From: Thermodesulfobacteriota bacterium
GTDB lineage: Bacteria > Desulfobacterota_D > UBA1144 > Nemesobacterales > JAJCZQ01
Length of the DNA: 64,000 bases
Assembly (NCBI GenBank): GCA_965215275.1
Contig: OZ244044.1
Coordinates: forward strand, 96,001-160,000
Direction: 5' to 3'
Below are positions 1 through 11,283 of this stretch, piece by piece. Numbering within the stretch: position 1 is the first letter of the stretch; each line of letters starts with the position of its first letter. The notes beneath the pieces are model-generated. The model made no database searches. It was not told where the DNA came from and was given only the letters and a program-made list of their open reading frames with translations. Position numbers and translations under genes: made by a program.

Positions 1-543
1 AAAGGCTTCCAGATCTCTGTTTAGTTTAATATTATCGTTCTTTTCATAAAAAAGCAGATTCACTGCTCCCTCAGGCAGGGTTCTGATTATATCATTGTAA
101 TTTTGAGGTTCTTTAATCTCAACTGGCTGACTTCTTCCTGATTGTTTGCATGATTCCAGGGCGATCTTCGACCATCTTTTTACCTTATCTGTATGCTGAA
201 CGACCGTCCGCTCCGTATATATGGGAGTGAGGGTCTTTACACCCAGTTCGCTGCATTTCTGAACTATGAGGTCCATCTTGTTTCCCTTGAGAATAGACTG
301 GAACAAGCAGATATTTAATCTGGATTCGTTGTCTAATATTGATGATGTTTGAATTTCAGCAGTTAATTCTTTACCTGAGATAGATTTTATAACTGCCTGA
401 TATATAATGGAGTTTTCATCAAACAGTTCTATTTTTTCTCCCTTCTTACATCTCAATACCTTTACAATATGCTTATAATTATCCCCGGATATACTTATCT
501 GGTTTTCTTTTATTTGTAAGCTTGATACAGGGAACCTTGGCAT
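1..543 (-). CDS. rsmE: 16S rRNA m3U1498 methyltransferase RsmE (runs off the window edge)
   Basis: Manual translation from ATG 543: MPRFPVSSLQIKENQISISGDNYKHIVKVLRCKKGEKIELFDE..., later KMDLIVQKCSELGV and ALESCKQSGR, all typical of RsmE. Confidence 0.85.
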   Translation of the reverse strand, partial: MPRFPVSSLQIKENQISISGDNYKHIVKVLRCKKGEKIELFDENSIIYQAVIKSISGKELTAEIQTSSILDNESRLNICLFQSILKGNKMDLIVQKCSELGVKTLTPIYTERTVVQHTDKVKRWSKIALESCKQSGRSQPVEIKEPQNYNDIIRTLPEGAVNLLFYEKNDNIKLNRDLEAF

Positions 544-555
544 TTTAATACTCGA

Positions 556-2094
556 TCATTTGAACTGCTTGGAAGTCTTGGAACAGTATTCGAGCAACTT
601 GGCAACCAATCCCTCGATTGTGTGCTCTTTAGCGGTAATTACCGGTTTAAATCCACTGGACAGTAAAGTGTCAGACGTTATTGGACCTATTGACGCACAG
701 TCCGCGTTGTGTAGATATATAGAGTCCTTACCCAGTATTTTCAGAAAGTTGTTTACACTGGAAGAACTTAGAAAGGTAACAAGGTTTACCTTATTTGATC
801 TGAGCATCTCTATAAACTCTTTCTTTACCGAGGGTTTAATCCTGGGCATTACAGTTTCATAACAGTTCACAACGGTAACCCTGCCGTTTAGCTTTTTTAG
901 TGTTGCTGGTAGAGCATCTCGACCGATCCTTGATCTTGGTATTAAAAAGTTCCTGCCTTCAATATCAGATGGTTTCAGGCTGGATATTATTCCTTCCGCC
1001 GTGTATTCTGATGGAACGATATCGGACGATAGTCCGTAGTTTTTCAGTTCATAATCTGTTTCTTTACCAATTGCTATGATCGTTTTGCCGAAAAATATCC
1101 TTGCATCAAGTCTGTTGTGCAAAACCCTTGAAAGAAAGTATTTAACGCCGTTAACGCTGGTAAAGATCACATAGTCGAATTTACCCATGTTCTTGATCGC
1201 TCCGTCGGTCCCTTTCTGAGAGTTCATTGGGACCGTTTCAATGGTCGGGAACTCAATTACGTTGGCACCGTATGAACTTAACATGTCGTGGAATTTTGAT
1301 GCCTGATCTTCTGCTCTTGTAATCACTATGTTCTTTCCAAAGAGAGGTTTTTTCTCGTACCAGTTTATCTGCTCTTTCAGGTTCACTATTTTCCCCACCA
1401 ATATAATTGCTGGAGATTTTATGGATGGGTCTGAAGAAACCATCTTCGTTATACTTCCGACAGTTGCCGTAATTGATCTTTGCTTCGGGATGGTACCCCA
1501 TGAAATCACCATGGCTGGTGTGTCTTCTGGCACCTTTTCTTTCATCAGTTTTTTCATAATAAGTGAGATGTTTTTCAGTGCCATAACAAAAACCATAGTG
1601 TCTTGCTTCGATATTGCTTTCCAGTTCAGCCTGGAATCTGGCTTAGATGGGCTTTCATGTCCGGTAATAACGGTAAAGGAGGAGTTGTAACTCCTGTGAG
1701 TAAGCGGTACGCCTGAGTAAGCTGGGACAGAACTGATAGAACTAACGCCAGGCACGACTTCTATCGTAATTCCGGCATTGACCATGGCTTCTGCCTCTTC
1801 TCCTCCGCGGCCGAATATGAACGGGTCGCCTCCCTTTAATCTCGCCACGGTTTTGTTTCTTCCAGCGTAGTATATGAGCTTTTTATTTATCTGGGTCTGG
1901 GTGCTCTCTTTCTTACCGGGAGTTTTACCAACGTAGATCAGTTTTGCGGATTCTTTGCAGAAATTCAGCAGTTTCCTGTTTATTAATGCGTCATATACGA
2001 CAACGTCTGCGGTCTTTAGTATATTCTTACCCTTAAGGGTTAATAATTCAGGGTCGCCGGGACCGGCACCTATAAGATAGACTACTGCTTCCAT
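556..2094 (-). CDS. cobA: Uroporphyrinogen-III C-methyltransferase / uroporphyrinogen-III synthase fusion (CobA-HemD)
   Basis: VYLIGAGPGDPELLT, RLKGGDPFIFGRGGEE; C-terminal HemD half with VITRA, FTSVNGV, SIGPITS. Confidence 0.92.
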   Translation of the reverse strand: MEAVVYLIGAGPGDPELLTLKGKNILKTADVVVYDALINRKLLNFCKESAKLIYVGKTPGKKESTQTQINKKLIYYAGRNKTVARLKGGDPFIFGRGGEEAEAMVNAGITIEVVPGVSSISSVPAYSGVPLTHRSYNSSFTVITGHESPSKPDSRLNWKAISKQDTMVFVMALKNISLIMKKLMKEKVPEDTPAMVISWGTIPKQRSITATVGSITKMVSSDPSIKSPAIILVGKIVNLKEQINWYEKKPLFGKNIVITRAEDQASKFHDMLSSYGANVIEFPTIETVPMNSQKGTDGAIKNMGKFDYVIFTSVNGVKYFLSRVLHNRLDARIFFGKTIIAIGKETDYELKNYGLSSDIVPSEYTAEGIISSLKPSDIEGRNFLIPRSRIGRDALPATLKKLNGRVTVVNCYETVMPRIKPSVKKEFIEMLRSNKVNLVTFLSSSSVNNFLKILGKDSIYLHNADCASIGPITSDTLLSSGFKPVITAKEHTIEGLVAKLLEYCSKTSKQFK

Positions 2095-2172
2095 TATATC
2101 TGAAAAAGAAACCGCAGACGTACCATATTGTCAAGTATTATAGCTGCTGGTACTGAATGACTGACGGCAATT

Positions 2173-3414
2173 TTACTCCCAAAGCAGATGTAGAGGGACG
2201 GCATAAAGTCCATCTCCGAAAGTGCCGCTGGTATTGCCGTTGTAAACTACCACGCCTCCTGCAAATTTTTTTCCTGCAGCCGTTTTAAACCTGCGCAACC
2301 CACGAAAATCAGATTTCCTTATCGTTGCAGACGCCTTGACGTCCACGCCTGCGAATTCGGTTCCTCTTTGTATCACGATATCCACTTCTGCACCTTTTTT
2401 TTCACGATAGTGAAAAAATTCATGCAGGTCTTCATGTCCGCTCGCCTGGCGTCTCAGTTCCTGCAGAACAAACGTTTCAAGAACATGGCCAAATAACGAA
2501 CGGTCTTCGACCAGTGCTGCTGGATTCATGTTCATCAGGGCACAGGCAATACCCGTGTCACCAAGATGGAGTTTTGCGGTTTTTACCATCTTTTTCGTAG
2601 GATTTTTGTACCAGGGTGGTATTTTCTCCCACAGAAACATATTCCTAAGTAGTGACATATAGTCCTGAATTGTAGTTCTGCTGAGCTGGAAGGACGATGC
2701 CAGCGAGTTTACATTCAGCAGTTGAGCGGTTTGAGTTGCCATCAAAACAAGCAGGTCGGACAGGATTTCTGGTGACCGGATGAGTGGGGCAATGTCTGAT
2801 ACATCTCGCTGAAGGATCGTTTCAATGTAGTTTTTATACCAAGTAGCTTGTTTCCTTGCACTGGATAGTTTCAGTGCCACTGGGTATCCGCCTGCTGTAA
2901 TTCTGCTTGCAGTGTTTTCCTGCGAGGTTTCCTTATGCTTATTATGTCTAAAGTCAGCGGAAAACAGTGCATCGAGAAATTTAGGATGGTTTTGTGATAG
3001 TTCGCTTTGGGATAGAGGCCGCAGTTTAATAATAATCATACGTCCAGCCAAAGAATCTGTTAATTGACGCACTTGTAGAACATTTACCGAACCGGTCAGT
3101 ATAAAACGTCCTGCCTTGCGGTTGCGGTCAACGGACAACTTGATCGTGGAAAAAAGTCCAGGAACTTTCTGTATTTCATCCAGTATTACCTTGTCAGGCA
3201 AGTTTTGCACAAAACCAATGGGGTCGTTTTTGGCAAAACTGCGTGTATCTTCATCATCAAAGCTTCTGTAGTCATATCCAGCGACTTTGCCCACCATACA
3301 TGCGAGTGTTGTCTTACCGCACTGGCGAGGTCCCTGTACTAACACGACGGGTGAGTCTTGCAAGGATTCTTTCAAGCGTGTTTCGATGTGACGTTTATAG
3401 ATAACTTTTTTCAT
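2173..3414 (-). CDS. AAA+ ATPase with DUF4143 C-terminal domain
   Basis: Walker A GPRQCGKTT, Walker B ILDEIQ, FILTGS, DSLAGR, GGYP; C-terminal YREKKGAEVDIV...VDVKAS. Confidence 0.85.
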   Translation of the reverse strand: MKKVIYKRHIETRLKESLQDSPVVLVQGPRQCGKTTLACMVGKVAGYDYRSFDDEDTRSFAKNDPIGFVQNLPDKVILDEIQKVPGLFSTIKLSVDRNRKAGRFILTGSVNVLQVRQLTDSLAGRMIIIKLRPLSQSELSQNHPKFLDALFSADFRHNKHKETSQENTASRITAGGYPVALKLSSARKQATWYKNYIETILQRDVSDIAPLIRSPEILSDLLVLMATQTAQLLNVNSLASSFQLSRTTIQDYMSLLRNMFLWEKIPPWYKNPTKKMVKTAKLHLGDTGIACALMNMNPAALVEDRSLFGHVLETFVLQELRRQASGHEDLHEFFHYREKKGAEVDIVIQRGTEFAGVDVKASATIRKSDFRGLRRFKTAAGKKFAGGVVVYNGNTSGTFGDGLYAVPLHLLWE

Positions 3415-3436
3415 ATTTAATCAAGTATAACTTTAA

Positions 3437-3652
3437 AAGGGTACTGATTGTTAGTTTAGAGGGGGTACTGATTGTCAGTTTGAAGGGGGTGCTGATTGTC
3501 AGTTTGAAGGGGGTGCTGATTGTCAGTTTGAAGGGGGTACTGATTGTCAGTTTGAAGGGGGTACTGATTGTCAGTTTGAAGGGGGTACTGATTGTCAGTT
3601 TGAAGAGGGTACTGATTGTTAGTTTGAAGAGGGTACTGATTGTTAGTTTAAT
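3437..3652. repeat. Tandem array of nine 24-bp units, consensus GGGGGTACTGATTGTCAGTTTGAA
   Basis: Units start at about 3437, 3461, 3485, 3509, 3533, 3557, 3581, 3605 and 3629; outer copies are degenerate; no spacers. Confidence 0.95.
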
Positions 3653-4321
3653 GAGAGAGTAAGGGTAGGTAGAGGGAAAGCGGGTGGAAGTTTCCAGAAC
3701 TTAAATACCTTCCGTGAAAGCTATTTTAAATGGCATAATTAGAAGACTATTTATGGAAATAGTGTACTGTAGTAATCAAGAGAAAAGCTAACGGAAAAAA
3801 TGCCCAAGGCCATCAAGGTTTCAGCCTTTTTGGTAAGAATTTCCCAAAAGAAAAGCTATCTTTAAAATAAAGAGTTTTTGAATGTAGTAATTAACATTTT
3901 TAACAAAGGCAATATTGTGTTGGGTGGAATATTTGTATGAATCCTGCGAATCCTGATGGATGCTGATAAGTTATCAATTTTAAGAAAAAAAAACAGTTCC
4001 TGTTACCAAAATATTAAAGGTTGTGTCAAGCAATCTTTATCAGTCGCTGGTTTTGCGTTTGTCTTTCATTTCAACAGTTATATAACAATAACTGTTGTAA
4101 CAGCAAAAAAGATAAACCTAATAAACAAGAGACACTGACCTCCCTGTTCTCAATGATCGTTTGTTTACTATTCCAACTGAAAAGTATGCTGGTTAGAATA
4201 TTAAAGGAATATAAGCAGAAACGGTGGTGCTTTTCTCGTTGTATCCCTAAATTCATTGCAAGTGGTTGAAGGTAAGCATTCAAATCTGTATCCTTAAAGC
4301 GGAACAAAATAACTGACACAA

Positions 4322-6334
4322 GTGCATAGAAAGTTCAATCTTGATAGCGATTTCAAACCCAAAGGGGATCAGCCTGCGGCAATTGATAAACTCGTGCAAG
4401 GCATCGATCAAGGTATAACCGATCAGGTGCTTCTTGGGGTTACAGGCAGTGGAAAGACCTTCACCATTGCAAATGTAATCAGTGAAGTACAAAAGCCCAC
4501 GCTTGTTTTAGCCCACAACAAAACCCTTGCCGCTCAACTTTTTTCCGAAATAAAAGGGTATTTTCCTGATAACGAAGTGCATTATTTTGTAAGTTACTAC
4601 GACTACTATCAGCCTGAGGCATATGTACCTGAAACGGATACTTACATAGAAAAGGACGTATCGATAAATGAGGTTATAGACAGGCTTCGCCACGCGGCAA
4701 CGACTTCGCTTTTCGAAAAGAGAGACGTGATCATCGTGGCAAGCGTATCTTCGATCTATGGTATTGGTTCGCCTTCAGACTACTACGGGATGCTCACGAT
4801 CCTTAAAAAGGGCAGTGAATTCTCAAGAGACGAACTGCTGAAAAAACTTACCGAGGTTCAGTACACGAGAAAGAGCACGTACCTTGAACGGGGGACTTTC
4901 AGATCCAGGGGGGACATTGTGGACGTTTTTCCGTCTGATAAGGATGATTCCGCGTACAGAATTGAGTTTTTTGGAAATGAAGTGGAAAAGATCAAGGAAA
5001 TAGACCCGGTAAGCGGCAGGACAAAACGAGAGCTTTTAAAAGTCACTATTTTCCCCGGGTCCCATTACGTTGCTCCCAAGGAGAAATTAAAACAGGCGAT
5101 AAGAACAATAAAGAAAGAACTTCAGGAAAGGCTTGCTTACTTTCAGAAAAACAATATGGAACTTGAGAGAAACAGATTAAAGGAACGAACGAACTACGAT
5201 CTTGAACTGTTTGAAACTATGGGATTCTGTCCCGGTATTGAAAATTATTCAAGGCATATATCGGGAAGAAAGGAGGGAGAGGCCCCTTATACTCTGATGG
5301 ACTACTTTCCAAATGATTTTCTCTGTATCGTTGATGAAAGCCACCAGATGTTGCCCCAGATAAGAGCTATGTACCACGGGGACAGAAGCCGAAAGCGGTC
5401 GCTCGTGGACAACGGGTTCAGACTGCCTTCAGCTCTGGACAACAGGCCTCTTAACTTTGATGAGTTCGTGGAAAAATTGGGGCAGGTTATATATGTTTCA
5501 GCCACCCCGGCACAATACGAATTAAGCAGAAGCTGTGGGAGCGTGGTTGAGCAGATAATAAGACCCACAGGACTGCAGGACCCGGAAATAACTATTAAAC
5601 CTGCTACCGATCAAGTTGATGACCTTCTTGCTGAGATCCGGCTTGTGGTGAAAAACAAGGAACGGGTGCTGGTAACGACGTTAACAAAAAGAATGGCGGA
5701 AGACCTTACTGCGTACTACCGGGAGATAGGCGTGAGGATAAGATATCTTCATTCTGACGTTGAAACGCTTGAAAGGATGAAAGTGATAAGAGACCTGAGG
5801 ATGGGAGAATATGACGTTTTGGTCGGTATAAATATGCTCCGTGAAGGGCTTGATATTCCGGAAGTTTCGCTCGTGGCGATACTTGATGCGGACAGTGAAG
5901 GTTTTCTAAGGTCTGAGACATCATTGATCCAGACGTTCGGAAGAGCGGCAAGGAACGTGAACGGCAGGGTTATATTATACGCCGACAGGGTTACGGACTC
6001 GATAAAAAGAGCGATGAGGGAATCTGACAGAAGAAAGAGCATTCAGATGAAGTACAATAAGGAGAACAACATTACACCAGTGAGCATTACAAAGAACATA
6101 ACCAATATACTGAGTTCGATATACGAGTCTGATTACGTGACCGTTCCAAAGGATATGGACGACGACTATACGGATATACCGCCGGATAAGATACCGAAAG
6201 AGATCAAAAGGCTTTTCAAGGAGATGAAACTTGCAGCCAAGGACCTTGAATATGAAAAGGCGGCTGAAAACAAGAAAAAGATCGACAAGTTGAAAGAAAT
6301 GGAAACTGCATACCTGAAGGAGCAGAAAAACTAG
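4322..6334 (+). CDS. uvrB: Excinuclease ABC subunit B
   Basis: [32 protein letters not shown]-terminal UVR coiled coil. Confidence 0.97.
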   Translation: MHRKFNLDSDFKPKGDQPAAIDKLVQGIDQGITDQVLLGVTGSGKTFTIANVISEVQKPTLVLAHNKTLAAQLFSEIKGYFPDNEVHYFVSYYDYYQPEAYVPETDTYIEKDVSINEVIDRLRHAATTSLFEKRDVIIVASVSSIYGIGSPSDYYGMLTILKKGSEFSRDELLKKLTEVQYTRKSTYLERGTFRSRGDIVDVFPSDKDDSAYRIEFFGNEVEKIKEIDPVSGRTKRELLKVTIFPGSHYVAPKEKLKQAIRTIKKELQERLAYFQKNNMELERNRLKERTNYDLELFETMGFCPGIENYSRHISGRKEGEAPYTLMDYFPNDFLCIVDESHQMLPQIRAMYHGDRSRKRSLVDNGFRLPSALDNRPLNFDEFVEKLGQVIYVSATPAQYELSRSCGSVVEQIIRPTGLQDPEITIKPATDQVDDLLAEIRLVVKNKERVLVTTLTKRMAEDLTAYYREIGVRIRYLHSDVETLERMKVIRDLRMGEYDVLVGINMLREGLDIPEVSLVAILDADSEGFLRSETSLIQTFGRAARNVNGRVILYADRVTDSIKRAMRESDRRKSIQMKYNKENNITPVSITKNITNILSSIYESDYVTVPKDMDDDYTDIPPDKIPKEIKRLFKEMKLAAKDLEYEKAAENKKKIDKLKEMETAYLKEQKN

Positions 6335-6494
6335 AAAACATCCGTCAGTGTTTACCCATTATACCTGCCATACTTTGATAAGTTCTCAGGTTGTGCAATA
6401 CCCTCTTGACCTCCCATAAGCCAGGGAGAATAAGTCCGTCTTGTTGAAACTGGTGAATTTTTGCCTCTTCAGGGAAAAAGAGGCAGATGATTCC

Positions 6495-6523
6495 TTGCTC
6501 TAAATACAACCATTATGTATTAT
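6495..6523 (+). promoter_or_regulatory. Putative sigma70 promoter of the rimP operon
   Basis: TTGCTC-17 nt-TATTAT. Confidence 0.5.
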
Positions 6524-6531
6524 TTACTCTG

Positions 6532-6557
6532 AAAAAGCGGTTTAACCGCTTTTTTTT
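6532..6557 (+). terminator. Terminator-like hairpin in the rimP leader
   Basis: AAAAAGCGGT-TTA-ACCGCTTTTT hairpin ending in a T-run, between the putative promoter and the rimP ATG. Confidence 0.65.
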
Positions 6558-6575
6558 ATTGTTTGAGTAATAAAA

Positions 6576-7049
6576 ATGTTGGAATATGGCGAAAACAGCG
6601 TTGTTAAAAGCGTGGAGGAGCTATCTGATCCGCTCCTTAACAGTTGTGATATGGAACTTGTTGATATTGAATACAGAAAAGAGGGTAAGGGTAAGGTGTT
6701 AAGGGTCTATATTGACAAGGCAGCAGGGGGAGTAACCGTTGATGACTGTGCTAATATAAGCAGGGAACTGGGACTGATACTGGACGTTAATGACGTTGTG
6801 CCCGGTGGGTATACACTCGAGGTATCTTCTCCCGGTTTAAAAAGGGTACTTAAAAAGATAGAGGATTTTAAAAGGTTCAAGGGAAGTTTTGTATCGGTTA
6901 AGACAGAGGAACTGATAAACGACAGAAAGACGTTTAAGGGAACCCTGGATGATTGCCTGTTGGATCATATAGTGGTTGAAATGGACGGTACATTGCATGA
7001 AATCCCTTTTGGGTTAATAAAAAAAGCAAACTTGGAAATTAATTTTTAA
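6576..7049 (+). CDS. rimP: Ribosome maturation factor RimP
   Basis: LRVYID, VTVDDC, YTLEVSSPG; lies directly before nusA. Confidence 0.95.
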   Translation: MLEYGENSVVKSVEELSDPLLNSCDMELVDIEYRKEGKGKVLRVYIDKAAGGVTVDDCANISRELGLILDVNDVVPGGYTLEVSSPGLKRVLKKIEDFKRFKGSFVSVKTEELINDRKTFKGTLDDCLLDHIVVEMDGTLHEIPFGLIKKANLEINF

Positions 7050-7058
7050 TGAGGTGAG

Positions 7059-8414
7059 GTGTTTATGATCACTGAACTCAGTAGGGTTATAGATTCTATA
7101 GTTAAAGATAAGAACGTAAATAAGGACGAGATCATTCAGGCAGTGGAAAATGCGGTTTTGTCCGCTGCTGAAAAGTTGTTCAGAATGAACGGTAAGGATA
7201 ACGAACTGGAAGCTCGTTATAACGAGGAAACTGGAGAAGTTGAGTTGTTTGAGTTTAAGGAAGTGGTCGATGACTTGAACTACCCTGATGTGGAGATCTC
7301 TCTCCAGGATGCTGGAGAACTGGATTCGGATGCAGAAGTCGGAGATATGATCGGCGTCAGGATAAGTCCGGATTTTTCAAGGATGGCTATACAGAACGCC
7401 AAGCAAAAGGTACTTCAGAGCGTCAAGGAAGCTGAAGGCAAGGTCATATACGGTGAGTTCGTAGATAGAAAAAGCGATCTGATAAGCGGTATAGTGAGAA
7501 GGATCGAAAGAAGGAACGTAATAGTCGATCTTGGCAGAACGGAGGCAGTTCTGCCGAGAGAAGAGCAGGTGCCGCACGAGTATTACAATCCGAAGGAAAG
7601 AATAAGAGCGATCCTTTTGGATATACTGGAAACAAAAAGAGGCCCACAGTTGATCCTGTCAAGGGCAAATACTGAATTTGTCAGAAAGTTGTTTGAAACG
7701 GAAATACCCGAGATCCCCGAGCAGATCGTAAACATTAAATCGATCTCAAGGGACCCGGGAAGCAGAACCAAAATATCAGTTCACTCCAACGACCCGGACG
7801 TTGATCCCGTTGGGGCATGCGTGGGTATGAGAGGGGCAAGGGTGCAGAATATCATACAGGAACTAAAGGGTGAGAAGATCGATATAGTTCTGTGGTCGGA
7901 CGATGCCGCAAGATATATGTGCAATGCTTTATCTCCAGCTAAGGTCAATAAAGTCATCATTGACGAGAGAGAAAAGGCTATGGAGGTCATAGTTGAAGAT
8001 GATCAGCTCTCACTTGCAATAGGACGAAGGGGACAGAATGTCAGGCTTGCGTCTCAGCTGACGGGTTGGAAGGTCGATATCAAAACCGAGACAGAGGTCA
8101 ACAAGGAACAGGGGGAAGTCGTTTCATTGTTCATTGCCTTGCCCAACCTTGGAGAATTTACTGCAAATATTCTGTATACGGAAGGTTACAGAAGTCTGGA
8201 AGATATAGCTTTTGCGGACCCAGAGGTGCTGTCACGGATCTGTGGGGTCGAAGACCTGAACGAAATAGAAAAGATACAGACTGCGGCGAGGGTTGCACTG
8301 AAGGACAAACTGGAAAAAATAACATCGGAGGAAGCCGCTGCAGATAATAATCAGGAAGAGGAGACCGAGGACCAGAAAACCAATGAAGGAGTTAATAACG
8401 ATATAACGGTTTAA
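7059..8414 (+). CDS. nusA: Transcription termination factor NusA
   Basis: S1/KH motifs RDPGSRTKI, VGACVGMRGARV, SLAIGRRGQNVRLAS. Confidence 0.97.
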   Translation: MFMITELSRVIDSIVKDKNVNKDEIIQAVENAVLSAAEKLFRMNGKDNELEARYNEETGEVELFEFKEVVDDLNYPDVEISLQDAGELDSDAEVGDMIGVRISPDFSRMAIQNAKQKVLQSVKEAEGKVIYGEFVDRKSDLISGIVRRIERRNVIVDLGRTEAVLPREEQVPHEYYNPKERIRAILLDILETKRGPQLILSRANTEFVRKLFETEIPEIPEQIVNIKSISRDPGSRTKISVHSNDPDVDPVGACVGMRGARVQNIIQELKGEKIDIVLWSDDAARYMCNALSPAKVNKVIIDEREKAMEVIVEDDQLSLAIGRRGQNVRLASQLTGWKVDIKTETEVNKEQGEVVSLFIALPNLGEFTANILYTEGYRSLEDIAFADPEVLSRICGVEDLNEIEKIQTAARVALKDKLEKITSEEAAADNNQEEETEDQKTNEGVNNDITV

Positions 8415-8430
8415 AACAAGCACTGTTAAA

Positions 8431-11001
8431 ATGAGAGTATACGAACTGTCCAAAGAGATCGGAGTAGACAACAAGGAAGTGATAAAGATCGCCAATAAGA
8501 AATATGGCTTGAAATTAAAGAGCCATACAAGTGCAATTGAAGACAAGGTCGCGTCCAAGATAAAAGAAAGTATGCTGAAGAACAATGAATCAGCTCATGC
8601 CGTTGAGACCGAAGAAAAAGAACAGGTAAAGACGTTTAAGAATGAAGCCGGGCAGGAGGTCGTTGAAAGAAGAAAAGGCAGTAAGGTAATACTAAGAAGG
8701 AAGAAAAAAGTCGCTGATGTTCCGGAACCGGAACCTGTTCCAGAGGACGTTAAAACTGAAGCGGATCAAGTTGCTGCCACAAGTACCGGAGATGAGAAAT
8801 TAAAAGAGGAAACTCCGGAAATTGCTGACTTGGGATCTGCACCCGACGACCCCGCAAGTCAGCTGCAGGATACAGCGGACACGGAGGTGCAAGGGCCGGA
8901 AACATCGAAGGAAACCGGTCCTTACGAAGAAGGTAAGAAAGTTGAGGCTCGTACGGACAAGACCGCTGAAGATGACAAGGTCGTAAAGAACAAAAAGTCC
9001 AGACGAGCAAAGATAAGCAAAGAAGATGTAATTGATGAAGAGACTTTTGAGGAACTTAGAAAAGCCTTCAAAACCAAACTCCCATCTCGCAAGAAAGAAT
9101 ATGTGATCAGGGACAGGGCCAGGCATTTTGATCGTGGAAGAAGGGACAGAGGTCCACAAAAGGTCTTAGATACCCAGATCAGTGCAGATGCTCAGGATGA
9201 CCAGAGCTTGTTAAATAAAACAGGTGGTCAGTTAAGCAAAGAAGTTGAGAAAAAACCTATAACGATCGGTGAAACGGTCCCTGTAAACGAACTTGCCAAA
9301 AAAATGAGCATAAAAGGTGTTGAACTCGTTAAAAAACTGTTCCATCTTGGAACCCCTGCAACTATAAATCAAACGATTGACGGTGATACAGCTGCGATCG
9401 TTGCCGAAGAGTTTGGTCATAAAATAATAGTTAAGAAATTTGAAGAGGACGATTTTCTGATAGACCATTCTGAAGAGGGGAAAGATAAGCTGGAAGCACG
9501 TCCGCCGGTGGTAACGCTTATGGGACACGTGGACCACGGAAAAACCACGCTGCTGGACTCCATACGTCAGACGAAAGTCGTTGACGTTGAGGCTGGCGGT
9601 ATTACTCAGCACATAGGTGCTTATAAAGTTACCTTGGACGGCAGAACGATCGTTTTTATCGACACCCCGGGCCATGAAGCCTTTACGTCAATGCGGTCTC
9701 GCGGTGCGAACATAACCGATATAGTTATTTTAGTAGTGGCAGCAGATGATGGAGTTATGCCTCAAACGGTTGAGGCTATCAGTCATGCCAGGGTCGCAGA
9801 AGTACCATTGATAGTGGCGATAAATAAGGTCGATAAAGAGAACGCGGATATCGAAAAGATAAAAAGACAGTTATCCGAAAACGATATAGTGTCTGAAGAG
9901 TGGGGAGGTAATACGCTGTTTGCAGAAGTTTCAGCAAAAACAAAAAAAGGTATAGACGGTCTGCTTGAACTCATTTTGCTTCAGGCTGATGTTATGGAAC
10001 TGAAAGCAGTTGCGGATAAACGTGCCAACGGGGTCGTTATAGAGACTAAGCTGGACAAGGGGAGAGGTCCGGTATCCACGGCACTTGTAACCGAGGGTAC
10101 GTTGAGGGTGGGAGATATTGTTACCTGTGGAGTGTTCTCGGGTAAGGTCCGTGCTCTCCGGGATGAAAACGGCAAAAACCTCAAAGAGGCAAAACCGTCG
10201 ATACCCGTAGAGATAATGGGTGTTTCAGGTGTGCCTTCGGCGGGTGAAAGGTTTTACGTTGTAAAAGATGAAAAAGTTGCCAAAGACGTAATTGCCCATA
10301 GAGAAGAAAGATCAAGGGTAAGAACGCAGCTGCCTTCTGATAACATTTCTCTGGAAGACCTGTTCTCCAATATGGAAGAGAACGAGGTAAAAGAACTGTT
10401 CTTGATAGTTAAGGCTGATACCCACGGTTCGATCGAAGCATTAAAAGAATCAATAAATAAATTAAGTAATGAGAAATGTAAGGTTAATTTTGTGCATTCA
10501 GGCGTGGGAGGTATTAATGAATCCGATATCGTTCTTGCGCGGGCATCAAATGCGGTCGTGGTTGGATTTAACGTCAGACCGGATACAAAGGCACTCAGGA
10601 CCGCGGAATATGAAGGAATCTGCCTGGAACTCCACAGTATCATATACGACGTTTTAGACAGGATTAAAAATGCCATGGAAGGGTTATTGAAGCCCATTAT
10701 ACAGGAGAGAATCGATGGAAGGGCAGAGGCCAGGGAAATCTTTCATATTTCAAGAATTGGAACGATCGCTGGTTGCATGGTCTCTGATGGCACTGTTAAC
10801 AGGGACAACAAGGTAAGGATCTTGAGAGAGTCAGTTGTTATATATGACGGGGAATTAAGATCTTTAAAAAGATTTAAAGATGATGTCAGGGAAGTTCAGT
10901 CTGGATATGAGTGTGGTATCAGTATTGAGAATTTTAACGATATTAAAGTTGGTGACGTATTTGAGTTTTATCACCTTGAGGAGATCAAGCAGCAGCTTTA
11001 A
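8431..11001 (+). CDS. infB: Translation initiation factor IF-2
   Basis: [41 protein letters not shown]. Confidence 0.98.
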   Translation: MRVYELSKEIGVDNKEVIKIANKKYGLKLKSHTSAIEDKVASKIKESMLKNNESAHAVETEEKEQVKTFKNEAGQEVVERRKGSKVILRRKKKVADVPEPEPVPEDVKTEADQVAATSTGDEKLKEETPEIADLGSAPDDPASQLQDTADTEVQGPETSKETGPYEEGKKVEARTDKTAEDDKVVKNKKSRRAKISKEDVIDEETFEELRKAFKTKLPSRKKEYVIRDRARHFDRGRRDRGPQKVLDTQISADAQDDQSLLNKTGGQLSKEVEKKPITIGETVPVNELAKKMSIKGVELVKKLFHLGTPATINQTIDGDTAAIVAEEFGHKIIVKKFEEDDFLIDHSEEGKDKLEARPPVVTLMGHVDHGKTTLLDSIRQTKVVDVEAGGITQHIGAYKVTLDGRTIVFIDTPGHEAFTSMRSRGANITDIVILVVAADDGVMPQTVEAISHARVAEVPLIVAINKVDKENADIEKIKRQLSENDIVSEEWGGNTLFAEVSAKTKKGIDGLLELILLQADVMELKAVADKRANGVVIETKLDKGRGPVSTALVTEGTLRVGDIVTCGVFSGKVRALRDENGKNLKEAKPSIPVEIMGVSGVPSAGERFYVVKDEKVAKDVIAHREERSRVRTQLPSDNISLEDLFSNMEENEVKELFLIVKADTHGSIEALKESINKLSNEKCKVNFVHSGVGGINESDIVLARASNAVVVGFNVRPDTKALRTAEYEGICLELHSIIYDVLDRIKNAMEGLLKPIIQERIDGRAEAREIFHISRIGTIAGCMVSDGTVNRDNKVRILRESVVIYDGELRSLKRFKDDVREVQSGYECGISIENFNDIKVGDVFEFYHLEEIKQQL

Positions 11002-11009
11002 GTTCCTGT

Positions 11010-11274
11010 ATGATCGCTGGTTTAATACAGTACAAAGGATAAAAGAAGAGCAGTAAAAAGCCCTGCAGAAAAAGTCAGGTGTGAGTTCCGAAACTTACAA
11101 ACTTATCAGTTTCCGAGCTGTGTTCAAACGGCCTGTGGAAAAAACAGGTATTTTTACTGTGCTGAACGCTGTTCAGCCTGTTAGTTCTGACTTGGACCGC
11201 GCGTTCTGATCTGCTTAAAAAATACAGGTTCCTGTGATATAGTTTCCGGTCACGTTGAACTGTCAGTTCTTTAG
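11010..11274 (+). pseudogene. Degraded DUF503 (YlxP-like) gene
   Basis: Frameshifted pieces MIAGLIQY / KDKRRAVKSPAEKVRCEFRN / LSVSELCSNGLWKK at the usual infB-DUF503-rbfA position. Confidence 0.7.
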
Positions 11275-11283
11275 GTGTCTGAA

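Noticed and set aside
3437..3652. CRISPR array or a real 60-aa repeat protein (ORF 3480-3662)
   Set aside because: Units are contiguous with no unique spacers and no cas genes nearby; the ORF is a by-product of a stop-free 24-bp period.
3660..4320. Replication origin at the strand switch before uvrB
   Set aside because: AT-rich, but no good TTATCCACA boxes (best seen has 2 mismatches) and no dnaA/dnaN/gidA nearby.
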